Positions 38,111-47,657 of a stretch of 64,000 nucleotides of DNA are shown here, piece by piece (position 1 is the first letter of the stretch; each line of letters opens with the position of its first letter). The stretch covers positions 25,626 to 89,625 of the forward strand of contig MFLL01000001.1 in NCBI GenBank assembly GCA_001781335.1, given 5' to 3'. Both the position numbers and the translations under genes were made by a program. The notes beneath the pieces are model-generated. The model saw only the letters and a list, made by a program, of their open reading frames with translations. It searched no databases and had not been told where the DNA came from. The stretch comes from Candidatus Kaiserbacteria bacterium RIFCSPHIGHO2_02_FULL_55_25 (GTDB lineage: Bacteria > Patescibacteriota > Minisyncoccia > Phycocordibacterales > UBA2100).

Positions 38111-38503
38111 CTAGCGTTTGCTCCATTGCGGCGCACGGCGGGCGCCCTTGAGACCGAACTTTTTGCGTTCACGGGCACGCGGGTCGCGCTTGAGGAAGCC
38201 TTTGACCTTGAGGTCTTTGCGCTGTTCGGGATTGATTTCTATCATTGCGCGGGAGATTCCCAGCCGGATGGATTCGGCTTGCGCCTTTTTGCCGCCGCCG
38301 GAGACGCGCGCGGTCACCAAATACGTCGCGCCGAGAAGCGTAAGCGGCTCGTAGGCGGTCTTCATCATGATATTGAGCGGGAAATAGTCCTTGGCGTCCA
38401 TGCCGTTGACCTCCATCGTCGTATTCTTGGCGGGAGTGATGCGCACGCGCGCTGTCGCGGTCTTTCTGCGTCCCACTGCCTCTGTGTATCGTGCGGTTGC
38501 CAT
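38111..38503 (-). CDS. rpsI: 30S ribosomal protein S9.
   Basis: The C-terminus reads ...ARERKKFGLKGARRAPQWSKR. Confidence 0.93.
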   Translation of the reverse strand: MATARYTEAVGRRKTATARVRITPAKNTTMEVNGMDAKDYFPLNIMMKTAYEPLTLLGATYLVTARVSGGGKKAQAESIRLGISRAMIEINPEQRKDLKVKGFLKRDPRARERKKFGLKGARRAPQWSKR

Positions 38504-38552
38504 AGAAATAGTTGATAGTTATTAGTACGTAGTTCGTATAGAATGCAAAACG

Positions 38553-38915
38553 CTAATCGGTGACGATAAGATTTTTAAGACGTGCGGTAAGCATGGTATT
38601 GCGCGGAAGCATTTTGCGGACGGCGCGACGAATCGCTTCGCCGTGACCCTTGCGCTCGTTGAGATGTGCGAGTGACTCCTTCTTGAGTCCGCCCGGATAC
38701 CCCGAATATGTCGTGTAGATTTTGCCCGTGCGCTTTTTCTCGGGAGCAAACATCTTCGAAGCGTTCTTCACCGTGACCTTGACGTCACTACGGATATTCG
38801 GCGTGTAGCTTGCGTGCAGTTTGCCCATAAGCGCTTTTGCGGCCTGCGAAGCCACGCGGCCGATAGGCAGACCTGCAGCGTCTATTGTATGAGCCTGTGA
38901 GGTGGTGGTTGTCAT
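38553..38915 (-). CDS. rplM: 50S ribosomal protein L13.
   Basis: L13 signature. The internal Met start MTTTTSQ is preferred over the upstream ORF extension. Confidence 0.88.
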   Translation of the reverse strand: MTTTTSQAHTIDAAGLPIGRVASQAAKALMGKLHASYTPNIRSDVKVTVKNASKMFAPEKKRTGKIYTTYSGYPGGLKKESLAHLNERKGHGEAIRRAVRKMLPRNTMLTARLKNLIVTD

Positions 38916-38916
38916 A

Positions 38917-39273
38917 TTATTGTACGAATTCAATGCGTGCCGCATCCCCTACGCGCTTACCGACGCGGCCAAGCAGTGTGATGCGGGTGTATCCGCCGGC
39001 GCGCTTGGCGTAGCGGGGTGCGAGCGTGTCATGGAGTTTCCTCACCGTCTCAGGTGCACCACCGAGGCGTTCCGCGACCTTGCGGCGGGAGAGAAGCGAA
39101 TTCTGCTTGCTGGTCGACACGAGCTTCTCGACAAACGGACGCAGTTCTTTTGCCTTGGCTACCGTGGTCGTGATCCCCTCGTGAAGAACGAGTGAGCGTG
39201 CCAAAGAGCGCAAGAGCGCGGTGCGCTGGCGCTTCGGGCGGTTCAATGTTCGATTCTTCACGTGGTGACGCAT
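38917..39273 (-). CDS. rplQ: 50S ribosomal protein L17.
   Basis: The product begins MRHHVKNRTLNRPKRQRTALLRSLA. Confidence 0.92.
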   Translation of the reverse strand: MRHHVKNRTLNRPKRQRTALLRSLARSLVLHEGITTTVAKAKELRPFVEKLVSTSKQNSLLSRRKVAERLGGAPETVRKLHDTLAPRYAKRAGGYTRITLLGRVGKRVGDAARIEFVQ

Positions 39274-39320
39274 AAGCAGTGTTTAGTAAGTAGAACGTAG
39301 ATAGTAGTAAATGCAACAAG

Positions 39321-40289
39321 TTACTGAGAGCGGAGCGTCAATCCGAGGTTCGAAAGTGAGCGCTTGATGTCCTGTAATCCTTTTTGGCCGAGACCTTCGA
39401 TGGCAAGCAGGTCGTCTTCGCGCTTGCGTACAAGACCGCCGACGGTGCGGATGGAGGCATTGTCGAGCGCCATCTCCACACGCTGTGGAAGTTTGAGCTC
39501 GGTGATGCGGGTCTTGAGCATTTCAGAATCCACCGGCATGCCTTTGTCCTCGCGGGTCGAACGGTGCTCTGATGCAACCGGCATTTCCTGTGCCTCTTCC
39601 TCTTTGAAGCCGACGACCGCCTTGAGCTGGTGAATCATCGTCTCGATGGAGCGCTCGAGCGCTTCGCGCGGAGCGATGGTGCCGTCGGTCTCAATGAGAA
39701 TACGGAGGCGGTTGAAATCGGTGCGGTCACCGACGCGCATGTTTTCCACTTCGTAGTTTGCGCGGCGAATCGGGCTGAAAATCGCATCGAGTGCGATAGT
39801 GCCGATGTCAACGCGCTCTTTCTGATGTTCCTCTTTCGGAATATAGCCCAAGCCGCGCTCCGCGCGGACTTCGAGTTCGAAATTCACCTTTCCGGTGACA
39901 TCGGCGATGCGCTGTTCCGGATTGAGAATTTCGACTTGGCCCGGCAATTTGAGGTCGGCGGCGGTCACTTCCTTGGGACCCTTCACCGAGAGTGTGATGG
40001 TCTGCGGCTCGTCGGAGAGCAGCTTGAAGCGGATTTTGCGGAGATTGAGTAGTATCGTCACGACGTCTTCTTTGACGCCCTCGATGGTCGAGAACTCATG
40101 GGCAACACCCGGAATTTTGACATGGGTAACGGCCGCGCCCGGAAGCGAGGAGAGGATGATGCGGCGTAGAGAGTTGCCGAGGGTAAAACCGTAGCCGGGG
40201 TAGAGTCCGTCTATTTCGTACGTACCACTGCGCTCCGATTCGGAGACGACGCGGGGCTTACTGGGCAATGCAATGTGATAATCAGACAT
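39321..40289 (-). CDS. rpoA: DNA-directed RNA polymerase alpha subunit.
   Basis: An N-terminal dimerisation domain (LGNSLRRILLSSLPG) and an alpha-CTD. Confidence 0.93.
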   Translation of the reverse strand: MSDYHIALPSKPRVVSESERSGTYEIDGLYPGYGFTLGNSLRRIILSSLPGAAVTHVKIPGVAHEFSTIEGVKEDVVTILLNLRKIRFKLLSDEPQTITLSVKGPKEVTAADLKLPGQVEILNPEQRIADVTGKVNFELEVRAERGLGYIPKEEHQKERVDIGTIALDAIFSPIRRANYEVENMRVGDRTDFNRLRILIETDGTIAPREALERSIETMIHQLKAVVGFKEEEAQEMPVASEHRSTREDKGMPVDSEMLKTRITELKLPQRVEMALDNASIRTVGGLVRKREDDLLAIEGLGQKGLQDIKRSLSNLGLTLRSQ

Positions 40290-40481
40290 ATAGGATGATG
40301 GACCTGTTAGGAAATCCTACTAATTGCTAATAAATAATGACACCTGGGTTAGAAAATAAGACTGCTGTCTTTTTCCGTCTTCGCTCGGACGAAGTGTAAG
40401 CAAGCTTCCGCTTCGCTCCTCGCTAGACGTAATAAAACGCCCGCCAGTATACCTCATAATTGCGGTCATAGCAAATATTAT

Positions 40482-41090
40482 TTACCTACTATAGAACTCA
40501 AACAGCGTCGGGTAATTAAGGCCTGTTTCGACTGCGTTGTACTGTGGCTCCCCGACAATTTCGATTTTCATGGCGCTCATGTCTACGGCGAGCCACTGCG
40601 GAGCCGGACGCTTGTCTTCCTTTTCGGCGAGACTTGCGTACAGCGGGCTCGAGCGGTTGCCTTCGCGGACAGCCACGATATCACCTTTACTCACGCGATA
40701 TGAAGGTGTCGTGATACGCTTTCCGTTGACCGTGAAGTGGCCGTGAGAAATAGCCTGACGTCCGGCGCGGCGCGTAGGAGCAAATCCCGCACGGTAGACG
40801 ACGGAATCGGCGCGCATCTCGAGTGCGCGGTGGAGCGATGCGGAAGGGTCGACCTCGACATACGCTTTCTCGGCGTAATTGGAGAGCTGGCGCTCCGAAA
40901 GACCGTAGGTGAAGCGGACGCGCTGCTTCTCGAGAAGCTGCAGGCCGTAGTCCGAACCGCCCCTGCCTCCGCGACCGCGCTTCTCCTTTTTGCGTGCGGC
41001 CGAGAGCGCAAACTTCTGTGTCTGCAGTTGTTCGAAAATGCCGGGACCGAGGCGCTTTCCTATTTTGTATTTTGATTTGATTGGCAACAT
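40482..41090 (-). CDS. rpsD: 30S ribosomal protein S4.
   Basis: S4 N-terminal motif and S4 domain. The start is placed at MLPIKSKYK, just after the rpsK stop. Confidence 0.9.
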   Translation of the reverse strand: MLPIKSKYKIGKRLGPGIFEQLQTQKFALSAARKKEKRGRGGRGGSDYGLQLLEKQRVRFTYGLSERQLSNYAEKAYVEVDPSASLHRALEMRADSVVYRAGFAPTRRAGRQAISHGHFTVNGKRITTPSYRVSKGDIVAVREGNRSSPLYASLAEKEDKRPAPQWLAVDMSAMKIEIVGEPQYNAVETGLNYPTLFEFYSR

Positions 41091-41100
41091 ATAGTGTGTA

Positions 41101-41535
41101 TTAGACTCGGCGGGGTTTCGGCGGACGCGGGCCGTTGTGCGCGACCGGCGTGTCGTCGGCAATTTTTGTTATATCAATGCCCTTCCCGGCAAAGCCGCGC
41201 AATGCACTCTCGCGACCTGCGCCGACACCGCGGATGACCACGTCGACTTCTTTGACACCGATGATGGCGGCTTTGTCGCCGACGAGCTCACCCACCTTGG
41301 CTGCGGCAAACGGTGTTCCCTTCTTGGCGCCGGAAAAGCCCAAACTGCCGGAGGAAGACCATGCCATGGCATTCCCCGTCTTGTCGGTGAGGAGGACCTT
41401 TGTGTTGTTGTAGGTCGCGTGAATATGGAGCGTACCCTGCGTAATGTTCTTCTTGGCGGTGCGCGCCAAAGAGCGGGACTTGAGCCCCTGATCCACAGTT
41501 CCTCCTGATTTTCTAATGATGCGTTTCTTTCCCAT
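41101..41535 (-). CDS. rpsK: 30S ribosomal protein S11.
   Basis: S11 signature. Confidence 0.93.
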   Translation of the reverse strand: MGKKRIIRKSGGTVDQGLKSRSLARTAKKNITQGTLHIHATYNNTKVLLTDKTGNAMAWSSSGSLGFSGAKKGTPFAAAKVGELVGDKAAIIGVKEVDVVIRGVGAGRESALRGFAGKGIDITKIADDTPVAHNGPRPPKPRRV

Positions 41536-41660
41536 AATTGATTACAAAAGTAACAAGTAACAAGTATCAGGTATCAAACGAGTGTCGAGAAAACAAGTAT
41601 CAAATTGATACTTGCTACCTGATACTTGATACCTACTAGAAAAAATCATGTTTTTTCTAG
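41536..41660. repeat. Repeat-dense rpsM-rpsK spacer. It holds four copies, in both orientations, of the caagtatc / gatacttg motif, and a 10-bp-stem palindrome ctagaaaaaa-tcatg-ttttttctag centred on the rpsM stop codon.
   Basis: Read directly from the sequence. The palindrome caagtatcaa-a-ttgatacttg (41594-41614) and the stems at 41636-41660 were verified as reverse complements. Confidence 0.8.
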
Positions 41661-42026
41661 TTTACGGCGGCCTGAAGTCATCGTCTTACGGACGTTGCCG
41701 CGGACCGTGCGAGAGTTGGTCTTGCTACGCTGACCGCGCGCCGGAAGGCGCTTGGCATGACGCGAACCGCGGTATGATTTGATGTCTTTGAGGCGGCGGA
41801 TGTTGCCGCTTATCGAGCGACGCAATTCTCCCTCGACGGTGAACCTCTCGAGTGCCTCACGAAGTGCGGTCTCTTCTTTTGCAGTGAGCTCCTTCGGATG
41901 CTTGCCCGCGTCAATCTTGAGTGCCTCGAGCGCCGAGAGAGCGCGCGGACGACCCACGCCGTAAATGGCGGTCAGCCCGATTTCGAGCCGTTTCTCCTCC
42001 GGTATGGTTACTCCTGCGATACGCAT
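41646..42026 (-). CDS. rpsM: 30S ribosomal protein S13.
   Basis: The product begins MRIAGVTIPEEKRLEIGLTAIYGVG. Confidence 0.93.
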   Translation of the reverse strand: MRIAGVTIPEEKRLEIGLTAIYGVGRPRALSALEALKIDAGKHPKELTAKEETALREALERFTVEGELRRSISGNIRRLKDIKSYRGSRHAKRLPARGQRSKTNSRTVRGNVRKTMTSGRRKLEKT

Positions 42027-42030
42027 AAAA

Positions 42031-42123
42031 TATGTTGTAAATGTTGTATGTGTTGTAATCGTTTTAAATGTTTTGGCCCGTTTGCATATACAACATCTAC
42101 AACAATTTCAACATGTATAACAC
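42031..42123. repeat. AT-rich imperfect inverted repeat in the rpmJ-rpsM spacer. It has three tgttgta units on the left and three tacaaca units on the right, separated by a spacer of about 30 nt.
   Basis: The left arm tatgttgtaaatgttgtatgtgttgta pairs with the right arm tacaacatctacaacaatttcaacatgta, with a few mismatches. Confidence 0.7.
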
Positions 42124-42127
42124 TTAT

Positions 42128-42241
42128 CTAGCCTTGCCTTTGCTTATGGCGAGGGTTTGTGCAGATAACCCACAGTCGCCCGCGTCGTTTGACGTGGCGA
42201 CAATGCATGCAAATTTTCTTAACGGAAGCTTTCACCTTCAT
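42128..42241 (-). CDS. rpmJ: 50S ribosomal protein L36.
   Basis: The product [37 protein letters not shown] (37 aa) lies inside a longer listed ORF. Confidence 0.9.
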   Translation of the reverse strand: MKVKASVKKICMHCRHVKRRGRLWVICTNPRHKQRQG

Positions 42242-42251
42242 GGGTCTGAAG

Positions 42252-42458
42252 TTAGACGCGTCGGGTAATGCGGGCGCGACCCCCATACGGATCGAGCTGT
42301 ACGAGCACACGGTCGCCGACGAGCACTTTTATTCTATGCAGACGCATTTTACCTGCGAGGTATGCGAGAACGATGTCCCCACTAGCGAGCTTTACGCGAA
42401 AGAGAGTATTAGGAAGCGCCTCGTCGACGACTCCTTCCACAACCTCTGCATCAGCCAT
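42252..42458 (-). CDS. infA: Translation initiation factor IF-1.
   Basis: S1-like OB fold with ...[29 protein letters not shown]... Confidence 0.93.
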   Translation of the reverse strand: MADAEVVEGVVDEALPNTLFRVKLASGDIVLAYLAGKMRLHRIKVLVGDRVLVQLDPYGGRARITRRV

Positions 42459-42503
42459 ATCTGCGCGACGAAATATAGCAGTGCGTGCCTATATAGTCAA
42501 GGA

Positions 42504-43913
42504 TTATTTGGCTTCGGGGGCCACTACGTCAATCTTGATGGCGGCAGGGTCGGTCGGGAACGTGCTTTTCCAGAATGGTTCGATGCGTGCGTGCGCCTCT
42601 TGCACGCCGGAGAACTGGGTGACTATAGTCTGAAACGCGCCTTGGTCCTTGCCTGCAAGAGCCTGCTGTAGAGCCGCGGAATCGATATTCCACACGAGCT
42701 GCGCCGAGCCGGCAAGCGCGAACTGCAATGGGTCGACACCGAAAGTCGACGAAGCGTTCGCTGCGCGTGCGACGAAGCCGCTTCCCGGAGTGAATGTTAT
42801 AGAAGCACCGTTCGCATCGGCATACACCGTTTGTGCAAGCGCATCAGCCGGAAAAACCGGGGCGACAACATGGGCACTTTGATGTATGCGTACGCCGCCG
42901 CCGGCCTCGGGAGTGGAAGGTTCGTCCTTGTATGTAATCTGCACGAGGTCGGGGAACACTACCGTGCCGGCGGCGGCGGCAACAGAGCCACGCGCCTTGC
43001 TTTCAAGTCGGGTGCGTACCGCGCTCACGGCGGTCTGCATTGCAGCAGGCGCGACACCCGGCTTATCTCCGACGAATCCCCCGCTCATGGCGGACGTTGA
43101 CTTCCCGTAGATATGCGGATAAATGGCGGCCGACGTCTTGAGGCCGGGCACGGTGAATTTGCCTGCGGCCACATTATATTGCTCGCCTGGTTGATCGGCG
43201 ATAACCGTCACGCTCACCTGACCCGGCGTCGTGCCCTTCTTTCCCGGAATGACGATATCCGCAGGTGTACGGAATATCAGCCCGCTCTCCGATTGGAAGC
43301 GCGTGTTCTTGATGAGTTTGAACGAGGTCGTCTGATAGTCGTTGTATACCGTGATGATGCCACTCGCCTTGTCTTCGGAATGGACCGTGCCCTGACTCTC
43401 GACGACTTCAGAGTCAGCGAGGTCTACGGTCTGCACAGTGTACGAGAGTGTGCCGCTGGCGGCCGTCGCCGCCGGATACGCCGTAAACCGCGAAGACTCA
43501 TCAAAAGTCGCCGTGTGAGAGCGCGGCGTGACCGTAATCGTGGTCGAGCGCATCGCGACAAGCAACAAAATACCGAGCACGATGACGCATACACCGGCCA
43601 GAGCCCAAATCCACCAACCCGCCAATGCGCTTTTGCGGGGCGGCACTCCGGAAGTCTCTTGATACTCGCGCATGTCGTTCATTGCAGGACGTGAGCGGGG
43701 GCGTTGCGGCATTGAAATGTTGCGGATGGAGCGCTCACCCTCGGCCGGAGGAGGCGGTATTGGGCGGACCGGATTTGCATTAATCGGGACAGGGCGGGAG
43801 TCATCGGACTCGGGCATTTCCGCCGGAGCAGGAGAGGCAGAGGGAGCGCTCTTGCGCGGCTCATTTCCATCCGGAGGCAAGATATCCTGAAAATAATCTT
43901 TGGCCATGTTCAA
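42504..43913 (-). CDS. Hypothetical membrane-anchored protein with a Pro-rich N-terminal tail (469 aa).
   Basis: A Pro/Ser-rich cytoplasmic N-terminus, one TM helix (WWIWALAGVCVIVLGILLLV), and a large extracytoplasmic domain. No family recognised. Confidence 0.5.
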   Translation of the reverse strand: MNMAKDYFQDILPPDGNEPRKSAPSASPAPAEMPESDDSRPVPINANPVRPIPPPPAEGERSIRNISMPQRPRSRPAMNDMREYQETSGVPPRKSALAGWWIWALAGVCVIVLGILLLVAMRSTTITVTPRSHTATFDESSRFTAYPAATAASGTLSYTVQTVDLADSEVVESQGTVHSEDKASGIITVYNDYQTTSFKLIKNTRFQSESGLIFRTPADIVIPGKKGTTPGQVSVTVIADQPGEQYNVAAGKFTVPGLKTSAAIYPHIYGKSTSAMSGGFVGDKPGVAPAAMQTAVSAVRTRLESKARGSVAAAAGTVVFPDLVQITYKDEPSTPEAGGGVRIHQSAHVVAPVFPADALAQTVYADANGASITFTPGSGFVARAANASSTFGVDPLQFALAGSAQLVWNIDSAALQQALAGKDQGAFQTIVTQFSGVQEAHARIEPFWKSTFPTDPAAIKIDVVAPEAK

Positions 43914-43945
43914 AAAAGTATATCACGCAGATATCCCGCCTTTAT

Positions 43946-45091
43946 TTACTCCTGTGACTCGATGTTGACAAGTGCGGAGGCGACGGCAAGCGAATCGTCC
44001 GCGACCTCTCCCGATATCCAGCGGTCCATGTGAATCGAGGACGGGGTGCACACGATGAACGGGAGCGTCGTCACGGTGAATTGCGAGAAATCGATACGGG
44101 AAAAAAGCCGCCCGAGCCACGGCTCAAGGTCCGGATGCGTCACCAGGAGCATGTCGTTTGCCGCACGGCGGGTCGCGGCCATTTGTCCGATGGGGCCGGC
44201 AAATATCCGGACGAGTTCCGGTTCGACAAGCGCAAGCGCTTTTTGTACCGCTTCGCACGCTTCCGTCGAACATGCGTCGCGCTCTAGCATCCGCAGTGAA
44301 GTGAGTACGTCCTCGGGTAATTTCCCGCCGGCAATGCGCGAAAGTATCGTGCGCACTCCCTCCGGCACAACACGCTGCTCGAATGCCGCACCGCGTACCG
44401 AGACGATGTGAGTAGTATCAACACCCATGTCGACAATGAGGTAGTGCTTGCCGGGAATCGCACTCTCACGCGCAAGCATCATCAGCGCGCGGATGCCGGA
44501 ACGCCACGCCGGTTTCGCGACCGGAAATACTTGGGCAACACCCTCTGCGATAGCGCTACGAACGGCCGGTTCGCATTCGCTCACCAGAGACACGGCGTTT
44601 ATCTCGTGCGCGCGCTTGCCCGCCGGTTGTCCGGTCGAATAGCCGTTGAGCTGTACGCGCAGAACAGTTGCTTCGAGAAGTTTGGCTCTATCGAGGTCCG
44701 GCGCGCCCGCAAGCGCTCCCTGTGCCAGTTTCGACACCATTGAATCGTGAATGACTTCGTCGCGACCGTACTCTTCGCCGGAACGGATGCTCCGTGTCGT
44801 CGCCCAAGGGGCATGAACCGTGACGTAAACCTCCGTTATCGGAGAACGGTGCCCGTCTTTCGCATATGCATCGAGCGCTTCTTTGCCGGCTTCTTGTATC
44901 TGCCCGCCAATCTGCGCGGTTGCTTGCTTGAATGTCCGTTCTTCGAGCGTGAGCTTGGAGTGACCAGTCGCAATGACATTCGCCGGCGAATGCCCGGACA
45001 CAGAGAGCACCGCTACCGACGCACTGCCGGGGCTTACATCGACAACCGCGACCGCACGCTCGCGGCCGCCTGTAAGGTGCATGTTGACCAT
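43946..45091 (-). CDS. Actin-like ATPase-fold protein (FtsA/PilM/ASKHA-like) of unknown function.
   Basis: It has phosphate-1-like VAVVDVSPGS and adenosine/phosphate-2-like IVDMGVDTTHI motifs. The start is placed at the MVNMHL Met. Confidence 0.5.
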   Translation of the reverse strand: MVNMHLTGGRERAVAVVDVSPGSASVAVLSVSGHSPANVIATGHSKLTLEERTFKQATAQIGGQIQEAGKEALDAYAKDGHRSPITEVYVTVHAPWATTRSIRSGEEYGRDEVIHDSMVSKLAQGALAGAPDLDRAKLLEATVLRVQLNGYSTGQPAGKRAHEINAVSLVSECEPAVRSAIAEGVAQVFPVAKPAWRSGIRALMMLARESAIPGKHYLIVDMGVDTTHIVSVRGAAFEQRVVPEGVRTILSRIAGGKLPEDVLTSLRMLERDACSTEACEAVQKALALVEPELVRIFAGPIGQMAATRRAANDMLLVTHPDLEPWLGRLFSRIDFSQFTVTTLPFIVCTPSSIHMDRWISGEVADDSLAVASALVNIESQE

Positions 45092-45156
45092 TGTGTTCAG
45101 TATATCGCGCCGTGAGACGACGCTGCGGGTTTTGCCCGCGCACATGTGCAAAAGAA

Positions 45157-47094
45157 TTATACGAGAACCGCTTTGATGCGCCTGATGCCCGCCGCCACCG
45201 CCTCTTCTTTTTGGACTTTAAATGTCCCAAGTTCGCTCGTGTTGCCAACATGCGGACCGCCGCAAAATTCTATAGAAAATGCGCGCTCATATTGAGGTTT
45301 AACCTCATTCCCACCACGCGGGCCAATAGAGTAGACGGAGACCATGTCGGGATACTTGGCGCCGAATTCATGTTCCGCGCCGAGCACCTCCGCCTCGTCT
45401 CTCGGAAGCGTCGAACGCATCACGGGGAGCGCCTCCGCAATTTTCTCGTTGACGACTTTCTCCACCGCGGCAATTTGCTCTTTCGTCATTTTGGCGCCAT
45501 ACGAGAAGTCTATGCGAAGGCGCTCGGAGGTGATATTGCTTCCGCGTTGCTTCACCTGCGGGCCGAGGACCATCTGGAGTGCCTTGAGCAGTAAGTGGTG
45601 AGCGGTGTGCAGCTGCGTCGTCTTTTCGGAATGGTCGGCAAGACCGCCTTTGAATTTCTGCTCACTGCCCGCGCGGCTAAGCTCCTGATGCTTTTTCATT
45701 TCGAGCTTGAACCCGTCTTCGTCAACGTCTATATTTCTCTCTTTCGCGATTTCCAATGTCATTTCAAACGGAAAACCGTAGGTCGTGAAGAGCACATATG
45801 CCTGCTCGCCGCTGATGTGGCCGCCGGCGGCGGTTTTCTCAAATTCCTTCATACCTTTGACGAGCGCGTGACCGAATTGCACTTCCTCTTTCCACACCTC
45901 ATCCGCCACCATGTCGTACACCTCGTCGGCCGCGAGCTCGGGATATGCCTCGTCGTACTTTTCCAAAATAATCGTTGCGGAGCGCACGAGCATGCTGTCA
46001 TCCGCCTTCTCCGCGCTGATGCCGATTTTTTGCGCATGAAGCGAGGCGCGACGCAAAAGTCGGCGCAAGATGTAGCCGCGGTCGGTGTTTGACGGTCGCA
46101 CGCCGTCGCCGAGCATGAAAACGGCCGCCCTCATGTGGTCGGCGACGATACGGAAACTGCGCTTGTACCTACTATCATCGTATTGCTTGCCGGAGAAATG
46201 TTCGAGCAGAGTGATAACGTCCCAGAACACATCCGTTCGAAACACATCGGGGTCGCCTTGCGCTGCGGCCGCGATGCGCTCAAGTCCGCCGCCGAAATCC
46301 ACGTTCTGTTTCGGCAAGAGCGCAAATCCTGCCTGCCCTGAGCCTGTCGAATGGGTCTTTATGTATTGCATGAAAACGGAGTTACCTATTTCCATGAAGC
46401 GTCCGCAATCGCAATTCGGATGGCACTCCGCACCGAACGCGGGGTCGTGCGGCGTACCGAAATCGTAAAAAACTTCGGAGTCGGGTCCGCCCGGCTCACC
46501 CGCGGGCATATTCTCGGGCACGCCCGCGCGGCTCCACCAATTCTTCTTGGCGTCGTAGTAGAAAATGTGACCGCCCTGCATGCCGAGGCGGTAGCCGTCG
46601 GCTTCGCTCCCTATCTCCACCACCTTGGCCTCTATCCCCTTCTTTGCAAAAAGTTCTTTCCAGATATCGGCGGATTCCGTGTCGCGCGGCACGTTATTTT
46701 TCTCGTCGCCAATAAATACCGTCACGTACAGGCGCGATGCATCAATGCCTACTTCGTCCGTAAGAAATTCAAAGAACCACGGTAATTGCTCTTTCTTGAA
46801 ATAGTCGCCGAGCGACCAGTTGCCGAGCATTTCGAAAAAGGTCGTATGCCTGTTGTCGCCGACCTCCTCTATATCTTCAGCGCGGAAACTCTTCTGACTG
46901 TTGACCAATCTGTTTCCTTCCGGATGCGGCGCACCGAGCAGATACGTGATAAGCGGCTGCATGCCGGAGCCGGTAAAAAGCGTCGTCGGGTCGTTCAATG
47001 GCACGAGTGATGCGCTCGGAATAACGGTATGCCCGCGCGCTTTGAAAAACTCAAAATACTTTGTCCGTATTTCGTTGACCGTCAGCATACCCAT
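45157..47094 (-). CDS. alaS: Alanyl-tRNA synthetase (short form, 645 aa, lacking the C-terminal C-Ala domain).
   Basis: A class II catalytic core (FTGSGMQP, FRAEDIEEVGD...HTTFFEMLGNWS) plus editing-domain HxxxH-like motifs. Confidence 0.9.
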   Translation of the reverse strand: MGMLTVNEIRTKYFEFFKARGHTVIPSASLVPLNDPTTLFTGSGMQPLITYLLGAPHPEGNRLVNSQKSFRAEDIEEVGDNRHTTFFEMLGNWSLGDYFKKEQLPWFFEFLTDEVGIDASRLYVTVFIGDEKNNVPRDTESADIWKELFAKKGIEAKVVEIGSEADGYRLGMQGGHIFYYDAKKNWWSRAGVPENMPAGEPGGPDSEVFYDFGTPHDPAFGAECHPNCDCGRFMEIGNSVFMQYIKTHSTGSGQAGFALLPKQNVDFGGGLERIAAAAQGDPDVFRTDVFWDVITLLEHFSGKQYDDSRYKRSFRIVADHMRAAVFMLGDGVRPSNTDRGYILRRLLRRASLHAQKIGISAEKADDSMLVRSATIILEKYDEAYPELAADEVYDMVADEVWKEEVQFGHALVKGMKEFEKTAAGGHISGEQAYVLFTTYGFPFEMTLEIAKERNIDVDEDGFKLEMKKHQELSRAGSEQKFKGGLADHSEKTTQLHTAHHLLLKALQMVLGPQVKQRGSNITSERLRIDFSYGAKMTKEQIAAVEKVVNEKIAEALPVMRSTLPRDEAEVLGAEHEFGAKYPDMVSVYSIGPRGGNEVKPQYERAFSIEFCGGPHVGNTSELGTFKVQKEEAVAAGIRRIKAVLV

Positions 47095-47589
47095 CTATAT
47101 ACCACGACCATCGGCTGCCATGCGAATCAGGAGCGGAGAATCAACTTGATTGTAAAACTTGAGTGTCGAGACGTGCTCCAGCGGTATCCACTGCGCCTCG
47201 CGCATATACGCCTTCTCGCCCTCGTTCAATCCCTGCGTCTTGAGTTCGCCTTCAACGCCTTTGCAGGTGAAATACATAAGGACGGAGTGGAAATGCCGAT
47301 CGCCGTTGGGGTGAGTGAAAAAGTGGTCCGCCACATGCAAAAGTTTGCCGCGTTGTACGGTGAGTCCTGTTTCCTGCTTGACCTCCCGCGCAAAAGTTTC
47401 GTCCATCGTCTCACCCATGTGGATGCCGCCGCCGGGGAAATCCCATCCGTCCCACTGACTGGAGAGCAGTACTTCACTGTCTTTGATTATCACGGCGAAA
47501 ACGGACGGGCGGAATGTGAGCTGCTCCACGGGCACTTCCGTCTTTTCGCCGTTGATACCGGTGCAGGTGACTGTCTTTTTCTCGGTCAT
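47095..47589 (-). CDS. NUDIX hydrolase.
   Basis: Nudix box GGGIHMGETMDETFAREVKQETGL. Confidence 0.8.
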   Translation of the reverse strand: MTEKKTVTCTGINGEKTEVPVEQLTFRPSVFAVIIKDSEVLLSSQWDGWDFPGGGIHMGETMDETFAREVKQETGLTVQRGKLLHVADHFFTHPNGDRHFHSVLMYFTCKGVEGELKTQGLNEGEKAYMREAQWIPLEHVSTLKFYNQVDSPLLIRMAADGRGI

Positions 47590-47657
47590 AGTCCGTAAAG
47601 TGTAGCACCCCCGTTTCCTTTGCTCCACGTGGCGAGAGGATATACTATGGCTCCACC

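Noticed and set aside
41536-42127. A CRISPR array or tRNA genes in the repeat-rich r-protein spacers and other intergenic regions.
   Set aside because: The repeats are short and irregular and not spaced like CRISPR repeat-spacer units. No cloverleaf-compatible sequence of about 75 nt with a T-loop GTTC motif was seen in any spacer over 80 bp.
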